Translations under genes and position numbers: made by a program
The notes under the pieces: generated by a model
Database searches by the model: none
Seen by the model: the letters and a program-made list of their open reading frames with translations, nothing else
What the model was told of the DNA's origin: nothing
Shown here: positions 40,601 to 48,618 of the stretch, one piece after another
Position numbering within the stretch: the first letter of the stretch is position 1
How the letters are laid out: the number at the start of each line of letters is the position of its first letter
Assembly: GCA_036675075.1 (NCBI GenBank)
Contig: JAKFFM010000048.1
Coordinates: 47-64,046, forward strand
Length of the DNA stretch: 64,000 nucleotides
Direction: 5' to 3'
Source: Bacteroidota bacterium
Lineage (GTDB): Bacteria; Bacteroidota; Bacteroidia; JAKFFM01

Positions 40601-41211
40601 AAGAAGCAGGCTGCTACGACATTATGTATGTTGTAGATGTCAACGGCTGCAGAGATACTGTGATCATGCAGGATTATGTCTGCGCCACTGCAATGCCTGT
40701 TGCGGAATTCACGGCAACGCCAGAGTTAACGACCATCCTGGAACCCAATGTCAGCTTTATCAATGAATCGAAAAATGCAGCGATGTATCACTGGTATATC
40801 TCGGAAGATCAGGTTTCAGATTCTATGCATTACAGCCATGTGTTCAACGAAACGCCAGGCACCTACTCGATCTGTCTCGAAGCTTATACAAATGCAGGAT
40901 GTACGGATTCAATCTGTAAGAACATCATTATTGAAGATGAGTTCCTGATCTATGTACCGAATGCATTTACTCCTGACAATAATGGACGTAACGACACTTT
41001 TAAGCCCGTGATCACAGGTTATGCAGAAGGCACGTTTGAAATGCAGATCTTCAACCGATGGGGCAACGAAGTATTTACTACAAAAGAAGTTGAAAAGGGC
41101 TGGAATGGGAAAGATGTTCAGGAAGATGTGTATGTATGGAAGCTCATGGTGACTTCGAAAAAAGATAACCGGTTATACAAGCTCCAGGGAACTGTCACGA
41201 TTGTGAGATGA
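37630..41211 (+). CDS. Large (1193 aa) secreted protein with ~9 tandem ~100-aa four-Cys Ig-like repeats and a gliding-motility-associated / T9SS type-B C-terminal domain
   Basis: Repeats follow the pattern ...AT(I/V).PV.P.C......V.LTA..PGG.WSA.CG.CI...G.FDPS.AG.G.H.(I/V)TY.(I/V).G.CGD.D. The C-terminus EDEFLIYVPNAFTPDNNGRNDTFKPVITGYAEGTFEMQIFNRWGNEVFT...GWNGK matches the CHU_C/type-B sorting domain. Confidence 0.7.
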   Translation: MRNMNWLWSLVLVLIFHESARSQNLVLNPSFENVNISSLQCSWYTSAAQFNNAINNWTCPTGGSTDIYHTSLATSCFSSPNSTNGSAVGTQNPRTGNAFVNLVTYGNGGCTPYREYVQGRLSTPLVAGQTYQIEMYVTLADYSNKGTNNIGVKFTSAPVTSSSMCVYSATPDVNYTGPIIIDKTNWTLISWCFTPTVSNLEYLMIGNFYDDAATSTVATGGSQTTIRYFLDDVSVTPATGSSVNPGTNGTLSVCTGASSVDLFTLLGGTPDTGGSWSGPSVLPGGYLGTYDPSVHAQGTYTYTVGSVVCGNPTTATATVTVTFNTSTSATIDPAGPFCESASSTQLTAANPGGTWSATCATCITSSGVFDPSSAGQGVHQITYITPGACGDTGVYNISVTSNLDATIGNVAPLCQTASAVTLNPANPGGSWDAACGSCISSTGVFDPSALSPGVYWVSYTISGTCGDIDSTEIEILAPVDPTIQAVSPVCSSSLPLVLTANDPGGVWGASCGSCINSANGTFDPSLAGTGTHTVSYSIAGQCGSTDTEQITVMPQRDATINQPSAFCVNDNATVISSLESGGVWSASCGACIGTNGEFTPSAADTGSHWVIYSIAGTCGDIDSVQVQVMPQENSTITPVSSLCLSSPPIQLNAATTGGSWNASCGSCIDAITGEFDPAVAGAGTHTVTYAIAGQCGSSDMETVTVTSTLDATITPVAPVCITGSSVSMTANDPGGVWSATCGACISSSGVFDPSVAAAGVHTITYSLNGICGDTASTQLEVTQPADATINPVSSLCPEGLPVTLTAATSGGTWTGPGITNASSGSFDPTIAGSGMHDIIYTLAGNCGNADTISINVITAVSISASSDISVCEGVSSTLQVIAQGGDGAYTYTWQDQSGNVIGNTQLVSVTSGASSIYNVTVQDGCSSSATSSITVNVTPTPDASFTASPLSGCVPLTVNMTGSNFYSGSCAWVLSNGETMTDCNSSSYTFEEAGCYDIMYVVDVNGCRDTVIMQDYVCATAMPVAEFTATPELTTILEPNVSFINESKNAAMYHWYISEDQVSDSMHYSHVFNETPGTYSICLEAYTNAGCTDSICKNIIIEDEFLIYVPNAFTPDNNGRNDTFKPVITGYAEGTFEMQIFNRWGNEVFTTKEVEKGWNGKDVQEDVYVWKLMVTSKKDNRLYKLQGTVTIVR

Positions 41212-41212
41212 T

Positions 41213-41280
41213 ATATAAAAAACCCTTCTATAATTCTATAGAAGGGTAAAAAAAAATCCGGCAATTAAGCCGGAAAAACA
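41213..41280 (-). terminator. Two tandem hairpin terminators (CCCTTCTATA-ATT-CTATAGAAGGG and TCCGGC-AATTAA-GCCGGA), each followed by a T-run on the minus strand
   Basis: They lie between the stop of the 1193-aa gene (41211) and the stop of the small minus-strand lipoprotein ORF (41321). The flanking A/T runs make the first hairpin potentially bidirectional. Confidence 0.6.
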
Positions 41281-41320
41281 AACCAAAATCAGAGTAATCA
41301 ATCAGATCAAACGATCCGAC

Positions 41321-41449
41321 TCAGATCCTGCTTTCAGAAGAAGTATTCACTTTTCCGTATGCAGGGCAACGCTCATGAGATTTACATGATGAAAAAATTG
41401 TAGCAATCAGAGCGACTGTTGCAACGGCGAAAGCGATTTTCTTTAGCAT
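41321..41449 (-). CDS. Small lipoprotein (42 aa), MLKKIAFAVATVALIATIFSSCKSHERCPAYGKVNTSSESRI; below the ORF-track length cutoff
   Basis: ATG start, classic signal peptide plus lipobox (FSSC), TGA stop at 41321-41323, and two dedicated downstream terminators at 41213-41280. Confidence 0.45.
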   Translation of the reverse strand: MLKKIAFAVATVALIATIFSSCKSHERCPAYGKVNTSSESRI

Positions 41450-41593
41450 ATCCTTTTTTATTTGATCTCTTCAGATGTTCTGAGAAGTATCTTTGTCGTT
41501 ATGCAAAAATAATATTAATCAGCACATTGTCAAATTTTTCTTCTTTGAAGTTCTAAACATGTTTCAAGCCATATTTATTCCGATTTTTTTCAC

Positions 41594-42274
41594 ATGAACA
41601 TTGAATCGCAGCTTGATATTTCCTGGAGAAACCAGCTTCTTGAAGAATTTCAAAAACCCTATTTCGTCGAATTGAAGCGATTTCTTCTTTCCGAACGAAC
41701 AAACGCAACCATATTCCCTTCTGTCCAGGAAACTTTTGCAGCATTTAATTTAACACCCTTTGAGAATGTAAAAGTGGTTATCATCGGTCAGGATCCCTAC
41801 CACGGCATTGGCCAGGCGCATGGCCTGTGTTTTTCGGTTCGCAATGGAACACGCATTCCTCCATCACTTCAGAATATTTACAAAGAGATCCATGCTGATC
41901 TTGGTATTCCTCTGTCTGATTCAGGAGACCTCTCCAAATGGGCCAGGCAGGGCGTTTTGTTGTTGAACGCAACGCTCACCGTAAGGGAAAGCCAGGCAGG
42001 ATCACACCAGAAAAAAGGATGGGAAACCTTCACTGACGCAGTGATCACCAGGCTTTCAGAACATCGCCAAAACATTGTGTTTCTCCTTTGGGGAAAGTAT
42101 GCACAGGAAAAAGAGACGCTTATTCAGCAATCGAATGGACACCTTATATTGAAAGCTGCACATCCATCGTTCTTTTCCGTGAAGAACTTTTTTGGCTGCA
42201 GGCATTTTTCTAAAACAAATGAATTCCTGGTTTCAAAAGGCCTAAAGCCAATAGACTGGGATCCACGGGAATGA
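41594..42274 (+). CDS. ung: Uracil-DNA glycosylase (family 1)
   Basis: VVIIGQDPYHGIGQAHGLCFSV and LLLNATLTV (including the water-activating GQDPYH motif). Confidence 0.9.
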   Translation: MNIESQLDISWRNQLLEEFQKPYFVELKRFLLSERTNATIFPSVQETFAAFNLTPFENVKVVIIGQDPYHGIGQAHGLCFSVRNGTRIPPSLQNIYKEIHADLGIPLSDSGDLSKWARQGVLLLNATLTVRESQAGSHQKKGWETFTDAVITRLSEHRQNIVFLLWGKYAQEKETLIQQSNGHLILKAAHPSFFSVKNFFGCRHFSKTNEFLVSKGLKPIDWDPRE

Positions 42275-43980
42275 TCAGACTCCTCGCAATTTTACTTCTG
42301 TATGTTCCCCTGAGCCTTTCCGCACAGGATGAAAAGCTGCGTGCCCGCATCACTTTTACTGATACTGCACTGGTTAAAACAAAGACAACTTTCAAAGACC
42401 AGCGTGCACTTGATAATTATCTATCAGATCTTATTCTATCACTGAACAGAGAAGGACGACTTGAAGCATCACTCGACAGCTTCAAAGTAGATTCACTTCA
42501 TCATGAATATTACATCCATGCCGGCCCTGAGTATACATGGGCTCATCTGAAAAGAGGTAACGTTGAAGCTCATTTCTTACAAAAAGCAGGGTTTAAACCA
42601 TCTCATTATGATCAGCAGAAATTTGATGCGAATGGATTTGCCAGCTTCCGCCGAAAACTGATCGCTGCTTATGAAAACGAAGGATTTCCCTTTGCCGCAT
42701 TAAAACTAGATAACCTTGAACAGGAAGGCACCACGCTCTCAGCCATCCTTCATATTGAAAAAAACAAGCTTGTAACAATTGATTCCATCAGGATCCGCGG
42801 TAATTCAAAGATCAGTGAAACGTATGTATTCAACTACATAGGAATAAAGCCCGGAGACATTTATGATGAAAGTACCATCAGCAAAATAGACAGCCGACTG
42901 AAAGAGATCTCATTCATACAACTGACAAGGCCAACAGAAGTCATCTTCACACCGAGCTACACCAAGGTCTTCATCTATGCTGAAAAGAAAAAAGCGAACC
43001 AGTTCGATGGGTTACTTGGCTTTCTTCCAGATGAAGAAGGAAAGATCCTTATCACAGGCCAGGCACACATCAACCTCACCAATGCGCTGAACAACGGTGA
43101 CAACATCGAGCTCAACTGGAAGAAGCTTCAGCCGCTCACACAGGATTTCTTCGCGCGTCTCAACTACCCTTTCCTGTTCAGAACACCGCTGGGCACTGAA
43201 GGACAACTTCACATCTATAAAAGAGATACAACCTATCTTGATGTCAGACGATACATTTCAATTCAATATTTCCTTAAGAGAGGGAACACCTTTAAAGTGT
43301 TTGCCCAGAATAAAACGACCTCGCTGCTAAGCGTACGAGGACTGGAGTTTGCAACATCACTACCCGAATTCGCAGATGTTACCAATGTGCTGTATGGAGC
43401 AGGATTTAAGACGATGAATTTTGATTACCGTTATAATCCAAGGAAAGGCTTCGGCTTTATGATCGAAGGAGGAGCAGGATCGAGAAACATCAGGCAAAAC
43501 AACAAGATCAATCCTGAAGCCTATAAAAATGTTGTGATGAAATCAAGCCAGTACCAGGTTACAACATCCACAGAAGTATTCATACCATTATTCAAAAGAA
43601 GCACCTTCAGGATCGCTGCATCTGGCGCAAGGATCCAGTCGCAGGCATATTTTTCCAATGAGCTTTTCAGGCTTGGAGGTTTGCGATCTCTTCGCGGATT
43701 TGATGAAGAATCCATCTTTGCAAGCACCTATGGAATCGTGAGTGGAGAGTTCCGCTTACTCATCGACAGGAATTCCTATGTACAGCTTTTCTTTGATCAG
43801 GCCATGTATGAAGACCTTGCAAAAAAGATCAGTGACACTCCTTATGGATTTGGTACAGGGATCAGCTTTGAAACCAAGGCAGGCATTTTCTCTCTGTCGT
43901 ATGCTCTGGGAAAGCAGTTTGACAATCCACTCTACCTGCGCGCTGCCAAGGTACATTTCGGCATCGTAAATTATTTCTGA
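42271..43980 (+). CDS. Omp85/BamA-TamA-like outer-membrane protein (POTRA-like N-terminal region plus beta-barrel)
   Basis: Signal peptide MIRLLAILLLYVPLSLSAQ. 569 aa. The C-terminal strand ...LYLRAAKVHFGIVNYF ends in an aromatic residue. The start overlaps the ung stop. Confidence 0.45.
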   Translation: MIRLLAILLLYVPLSLSAQDEKLRARITFTDTALVKTKTTFKDQRALDNYLSDLILSLNREGRLEASLDSFKVDSLHHEYYIHAGPEYTWAHLKRGNVEAHFLQKAGFKPSHYDQQKFDANGFASFRRKLIAAYENEGFPFAALKLDNLEQEGTTLSAILHIEKNKLVTIDSIRIRGNSKISETYVFNYIGIKPGDIYDESTISKIDSRLKEISFIQLTRPTEVIFTPSYTKVFIYAEKKKANQFDGLLGFLPDEEGKILITGQAHINLTNALNNGDNIELNWKKLQPLTQDFFARLNYPFLFRTPLGTEGQLHIYKRDTTYLDVRRYISIQYFLKRGNTFKVFAQNKTTSLLSVRGLEFATSLPEFADVTNVLYGAGFKTMNFDYRYNPRKGFGFMIEGGAGSRNIRQNNKINPEAYKNVVMKSSQYQVTTSTEVFIPLFKRSTFRIAASGARIQSQAYFSNELFRLGGLRSLRGFDEESIFASTYGIVSGEFRLLIDRNSYVQLFFDQAMYEDLAKKISDTPYGFGTGISFETKAGIFSLSYALGKQFDNPLYLRAAKVHFGIVNYF

Positions 43981-44002
43981 TAAAGTACCTTTACCTGAGA
44001 AC

Positions 44003-45265
44003 ATGCTGAAGCTCCTCAACATATCACTGATCCTTCTGACCCTGTGGGGATGTCAGGCATATCATAAAGTCAGCAACCAGAATCTCTACTTCAGTTACAG
44101 AAAAGAGTTCAACACCATGCATCCCGAGTATGCAGTGTTTCATGAAACCGACACCACCTCAACGATCTATTACAACTTCAGCTGGTCAGAATTTCTTTTC
44201 ATAAAAGCCCTTGGTGACAGCGGCTTCCGGTCTTCTGCACGCCTTTCATACCGGCTGCTTCAGGATTATGAATCTAAGACACTGCTTGACAGTTCATCCA
44301 TCACACTCTATACATTATCACCCGCATCAACCTACGAAGGCATTGAATCAGGAAGCTTTTCTGTTAAGTCAAAAGGCCAGAAAAGTGCATTGCTTGAGAT
44401 CACACTAACGGACATCCGAAGAAATCAGTTCGTTCGTCACTTCATCACGCTTGACAGGTCAGACCCGGGAACCAGGCAGAACTTTCTTGTATCATCACAG
44501 GGAGAAGTGCTGATGAAATACATACTGAACAATCCGGATACCGTATTGATCAGGCATGTCTCCCCTCTCACCAAACAGCTGCATGTAAGGTATTACCACA
44601 GGAACTTTCCACTTGCTGCCCCTCCATTCTCAGACTATCTTCCGAAGCCGTTTGAATACAAGGCAGATTCGCTGTTCCTACTGACTGATGATGGATCAGG
44701 TGTATTCAGGCTGCCAGTAACTGAGCATGGCTTCTATCATGTTCAGACAGATACCATAGGCAAAGAAGGACTCACGCTGTTCCTTTTCCACCAGGATTAT
44801 CCTTTCCTCTCCACACCCGAAGAACTTTTAAAGCCCTTAAGGTATCTGACTTCAAAAAAAGAGTATGATGATATACAGCTTGCATCAAACAAGAAGGCGG
44901 CGATCGATGAATTCTGGTTATCCAATGCAGGAAGCAGCGCGAGAGCAAAAGAACTGATAAGAACATTTTACAATCGTGTTCAGGATGCCAATCAGTACTT
45001 TGCATCGTACCTTGAAGGGTGGAAAACAGACCGTGGCCTATTGTATCTTATCTATGGTCCTCCAACAGCCGTGTACCGAACGAACAATTCAGAAAGCTGG
45101 GTTTACGGAGAGGAGAACAATATACGCTCACTTCACTTTACCTTTGTGAAAGTGATGAATCCATTTACTGAAAATGATTACTCCCTTGTAAGGAATGAAA
45201 ATTACAAAGACAGCTGGTATGTTGCTGTTGATACATGGAGACAGGGAAGAGTTTTCGCAGACTAA
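44003..45265 (+). CDS. GWxTD-domain lipoprotein
   Basis: Lipobox LTLWGC. The C-terminal region has EGWKTDRGLLYLIYGPPTAVYRTNN...HFTFVKV, matching the GWxTD domain signature. Confidence 0.65.
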   Translation: MLKLLNISLILLTLWGCQAYHKVSNQNLYFSYRKEFNTMHPEYAVFHETDTTSTIYYNFSWSEFLFIKALGDSGFRSSARLSYRLLQDYESKTLLDSSSITLYTLSPASTYEGIESGSFSVKSKGQKSALLEITLTDIRRNQFVRHFITLDRSDPGTRQNFLVSSQGEVLMKYILNNPDTVLIRHVSPLTKQLHVRYYHRNFPLAAPPFSDYLPKPFEYKADSLFLLTDDGSGVFRLPVTEHGFYHVQTDTIGKEGLTLFLFHQDYPFLSTPEELLKPLRYLTSKKEYDDIQLASNKKAAIDEFWLSNAGSSARAKELIRTFYNRVQDANQYFASYLEGWKTDRGLLYLIYGPPTAVYRTNNSESWVYGEENNIRSLHFTFVKVMNPFTENDYSLVRNENYKDSWYVAVDTWRQGRVFAD

Positions 45266-45267
45266 TT

Positions 45268-46032
45268 ATGACAGAAGAGAAAGCAGAAAAGAATTTTATA
45301 TACGGGATCAGGGCGGTGATCGAAGCAGTCCGTGAGGGAAAAGACATCGACAAGCTGATGGTGCAGGAAGGCATCGCAGGTAACCTGTTCAATGAATTAA
45401 AGAACATCTGCAAGGAACACAGGGTGCCCTACCAGTTTGTTCCGGCGCAAAAGCTGAACAGAATCACGAGATCGAATCACCAGGGAGTGATCGCGTTTAT
45501 TTCAGAGATCACGTTTGATGATATTGAGAGCGTGCTTCAGGGAATTTTCGAAAGCGGAAAAACACCTCTGCTGATGATCCTTGACAGGATAACTGACGTT
45601 CGGAATTTTGGAGCGATCTGCAGAACAGCGGAATGCGCAGGTGTGCAGGCGATCATACTTCCTTCAAGAGGCGCTGCGCAGATCAATGCGGATGCCGTGA
45701 AAACATCAGCAGGCGCAATCCATAAGCTGCCACTTTGCAGAAGCTCAAACCTGAAAGAAACGATCTACTACCTCAAAGACAGCGGAGTTCAGATCGTAGG
45801 CTGCACTGAAAAAACGAATCATCTTTATACTACTGTTGATATGACAACTCCCACAGCGATCGTGATGGGATCTGAAGAAAACGGCATCTCATCGGAATAC
45901 CTAAAGCTGTGTGACAAGAAAGCAAAGCTGCCGTTATTGGGAACCATTGAATCACTCAATGTTTCGGTTTCAGCGGGTATTATTCTTTACGAAGCCATCA
46001 GGCAAAGATCGGCTGAGAACTCAGATCTTTAA
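45268..46032 (+). CDS. rlmB: 23S rRNA (guanosine-2'-O)-methyltransferase RlmB (SpoU/TrmH family)
   Basis: NFIYGIRAVIEAV (L30e-like N-terminal region) and SPOUT motifs LDRITDVRNFGAICRTAECAGVQAIILP and IVMGSEENGIS. Confidence 0.8.
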   Translation: MTEEKAEKNFIYGIRAVIEAVREGKDIDKLMVQEGIAGNLFNELKNICKEHRVPYQFVPAQKLNRITRSNHQGVIAFISEITFDDIESVLQGIFESGKTPLLMILDRITDVRNFGAICRTAECAGVQAIILPSRGAAQINADAVKTSAGAIHKLPLCRSSNLKETIYYLKDSGVQIVGCTEKTNHLYTTVDMTTPTAIVMGSEENGISSEYLKLCDKKAKLPLLGTIESLNVSVSAGIILYEAIRQRSAENSDL

Positions 46033-47946
46033 TCCGATCAGACATACATCATCTGTTTGTTCAAGCTCACCTTTCCAATCGTTGAACATCGATGTGATCC
46101 TTTCAGACTGATCAGCAAGCGAAAGCGCTGAATGATCATACAGGAATTTATAAAAACGACGGGCAAGAAATTTCTTTCCTCCTGCTAACCTTGCAGCTTC
46201 ATCAGTGCCTCCAAACTGATCTACAAGACCATCGGAATACATATACACACAATCGCCTTTTTTCAGCGCAATTGTGGTTGTTGTAAAGCTCTTTTCATTT
46301 GATTTGAATCCTCCGATTGAATTCTTATCAGGTTCAAACTCTTTGATCTGCCCTTCAGAAAAAACAAGCAATGGCCTGTTTCCTCCGGCATAGCTTAATG
46401 TAAAGCTGGCAGGATCATAATAGCATAACGCGATGTCCATTCCATCCCTGGAAGCAGAATCCTGGCGATATTGCTTCAACATGGTACGAACCTTTTCATC
46501 AAGCTCATTCAGCAACCTGCCCGGATCCGTGATCATCTTTTCAATAACCAATTGATTCAATACCGTATTACCTATCATGCTCATGAATGCGCCAGGCACA
46601 CCATGTCCTGTGCAGTCTGCAAGCACAATGATGCACGGTGAATTTTCATGATGCTGTTCAATTCTGTGAAACCAATAAAAATCTCCACTTACAATATTCC
46701 GTGGCTGAAAGAACACGAAGGCCTCACCAAATGACCGCTGAATATCCCTGGTATCCGGAAGCATCGATTGCTGGATGAGCTGCGCATAATTTATACTGTC
46801 AGTGATCTCCTTGTTCTTTTCTTCAACTTCATCATTCAGCTTTTTAAGCTCCACATTCCGCAGGCGATGGATCTCCGCTTCATGCCTTACCGTTTCAAGC
46901 TGATGAAGGAGCTGCATATTGCCGATCTTCTTTCGGGTTTCTTCTTCAGAAACTTCACGCAGCAACGCATTCAGATTTTTCTGATGTTCATATGCCTTTC
47001 TGAAATCGCCCTTCTCACAGAACACCGCAGCAAGCGTATCGTAAACTTCAATAAGATCGTCACGCAGGTTTAGCTCTGTAAAGATCACCGATGCGGCATT
47101 CAGCATTTCAACCGCATCATTGAATCGGCCCGTCTTTAAATAGATCTTGCCAAGGCCAAGCATGCACAAACCTTCACCTGAAGCGTTGGATTTTTTATGG
47201 TATATACCTAGTGCGTGAAGCTGGTATTCCTCCGCTTTTTGAAAATCACCAAGATTCAGGAAACATTCTCCAAGGTTATTATAGCTGACGGCAAGGCCGT
47301 GCTCATCATTAATCTCCTTTTTGATGACGATGCTTTCCTGGAATGTCATCACGGCAGCTTCATAATCACCTTTCATCAGGTTAACAGAAGCAATGTTATT
47401 GATGATCGCCGCTTTCCCCAGTGCATCGTTATTGGCGATCATCTCAGCCAATCCTTTGTTGTAGTATTTCAGTGTATTGACATAATCCTTCAGTCCGGAA
47501 TAAACATTACCCAGGTTGATGTAAGATGCGGCGATGCCAGGACGGTCGTTTCCTGCTTCCCTTTTCTGAAGGGCTTTGAGGTGAACCATGATCGCGTTCT
47601 CGTAATCTCCAAGTCTGTAATAATTTATCCCGAGTGTATTGAAAACACTAGCCTCGCCAATCTGATCATTGATCTTTTCAAACAATGAGAGTGCTTCATA
47701 GGCATATTTGCAGGATTCGTCATACTTTGCTTTCTGCTGATGAATGAAGGCTGTGTTACGCAAGCTGTATGCAATTCCTTTATCATAGGAAAGCGCATGT
47801 GACAGCTTCAACGCTTCATCAGTGAGCGCGTGCATCTTATGAAGATCCTTGTTCCGGTGATCCCAGGCAAGCAGGTAAAGCTGATCACATCGCTCATGAT
47901 CAGTGGCTGTTTTAAGCTTCACTTCCCGCTCTTCCATCATGCTCAT
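46021..47946 (-). CDS. Soluble TPR-repeat plus SpoIIE/PP2C phosphatase protein
   Basis: About 8 TPR units (e.g. NLGNVYSGLKDYVNTLKYY), a coiled-coil linker with KNKEITDSINYAQLIQQS, and PP2C motifs FVFFQPRNIVSGDFYW, LADCTGHGVPGAFMS, DGMDIALC and YSDGLVDQFGG. No signal peptide or TM helix. Confidence 0.8.
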   Translation of the reverse strand: MSMMEEREVKLKTATDHERCDQLYLLAWDHRNKDLHKMHALTDEALKLSHALSYDKGIAYSLRNTAFIHQQKAKYDESCKYAYEALSLFEKINDQIGEASVFNTLGINYYRLGDYENAIMVHLKALQKREAGNDRPGIAASYINLGNVYSGLKDYVNTLKYYNKGLAEMIANNDALGKAAIINNIASVNLMKGDYEAAVMTFQESIVIKKEINDEHGLAVSYNNLGECFLNLGDFQKAEEYQLHALGIYHKKSNASGEGLCMLGLGKIYLKTGRFNDAVEMLNAASVIFTELNLRDDLIEVYDTLAAVFCEKGDFRKAYEHQKNLNALLREVSEEETRKKIGNMQLLHQLETVRHEAEIHRLRNVELKKLNDEVEEKNKEITDSINYAQLIQQSMLPDTRDIQRSFGEAFVFFQPRNIVSGDFYWFHRIEQHHENSPCIIVLADCTGHGVPGAFMSMIGNTVLNQLVIEKMITDPGRLLNELDEKVRTMLKQYRQDSASRDGMDIALCYYDPASFTLSYAGGNRPLLVFSEGQIKEFEPDKNSIGGFKSNEKSFTTTTIALKKGDCVYMYSDGLVDQFGGTDEAARLAGGKKFLARRFYKFLYDHSALSLADQSERITSMFNDWKGELEQTDDVCLIGLKI

Positions 47947-47952
47947 CGCTGC

Positions 47953-48570
47953 TTACTTATCCTTTTGATTGGTTGCTCCTTCCGCATTCACAGGTGTGAC
48001 AATGGTTTCATCCACCGTTTTCTGGAGCAGGTAGTAATCCTGGTACAGTTTCTTCAGGTCTTTATTCACTTTTGAAGTGTACTCCACATCATAAATGAAA
48101 GTATCGAATCCATCACTGTATTTCACCTCCGCCACAGGCTTCTGTAAAACAGTTACGTTCAGACCGGGAATTGATTCAAACAGATCCGCTTCAAACCGGA
48201 ACTCAAAGTTTTTCCGCTTTCTAACTTCAGGCACCTTTGTATTGATCCGGATCTTTTTCGATACATGCCCGTCTTTTGAAAGCTCCACAACATAATCACC
48301 GTCCAGAGGCAGCTGGAACTTACATTTGCCTGATCGCTTTTCAGATTCGGTATTCAGAAAGATCGTGGAATCCTTATACACTGTAACATTCGCACGTGCT
48401 TTCGAATTGCCGATGAATAGCAGCCCTTCCATCTCAAGGTAGTAAACAGGCTGAATTTTAACTGGTGACTCGGACACATTCTTGTCTGAGCGCACGGCAT
48501 GCTTTGTCTGACCGCTGGCAAAAAGCCCGGTAAACAGTAACAGACAGACAAACCACGCCATTTTCATCAT
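47953..48570 (-). CDS. Hypothetical secreted protein (~205 aa), co-transcribed between the giant T9SS protein and the TPR-SpoIIE phosphatase
   Basis: Signal peptide MMKMAWFVCLLLFTGLFASGQ. Its stop is 7 bp upstream of the start of the downstream gene. Confidence 0.45.
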   Translation of the reverse strand: MMKMAWFVCLLLFTGLFASGQTKHAVRSDKNVSESPVKIQPVYYLEMEGLLFIGNSKARANVTVYKDSTIFLNTESEKRSGKCKFQLPLDGDYVVELSKDGHVSKKIRINTKVPEVRKRKNFEFRFEADLFESIPGLNVTVLQKPVAEVKYSDGFDTFIYDVEYTSKVNKDLKKLYQDYYLLQKTVDETIVTPVNAEGATNQKDK

Positions 48571-48618
48571 ACGATACTTTAAGTTACGCATTTAATAAAA
48601 GATGCGCAACAGCCCGGA

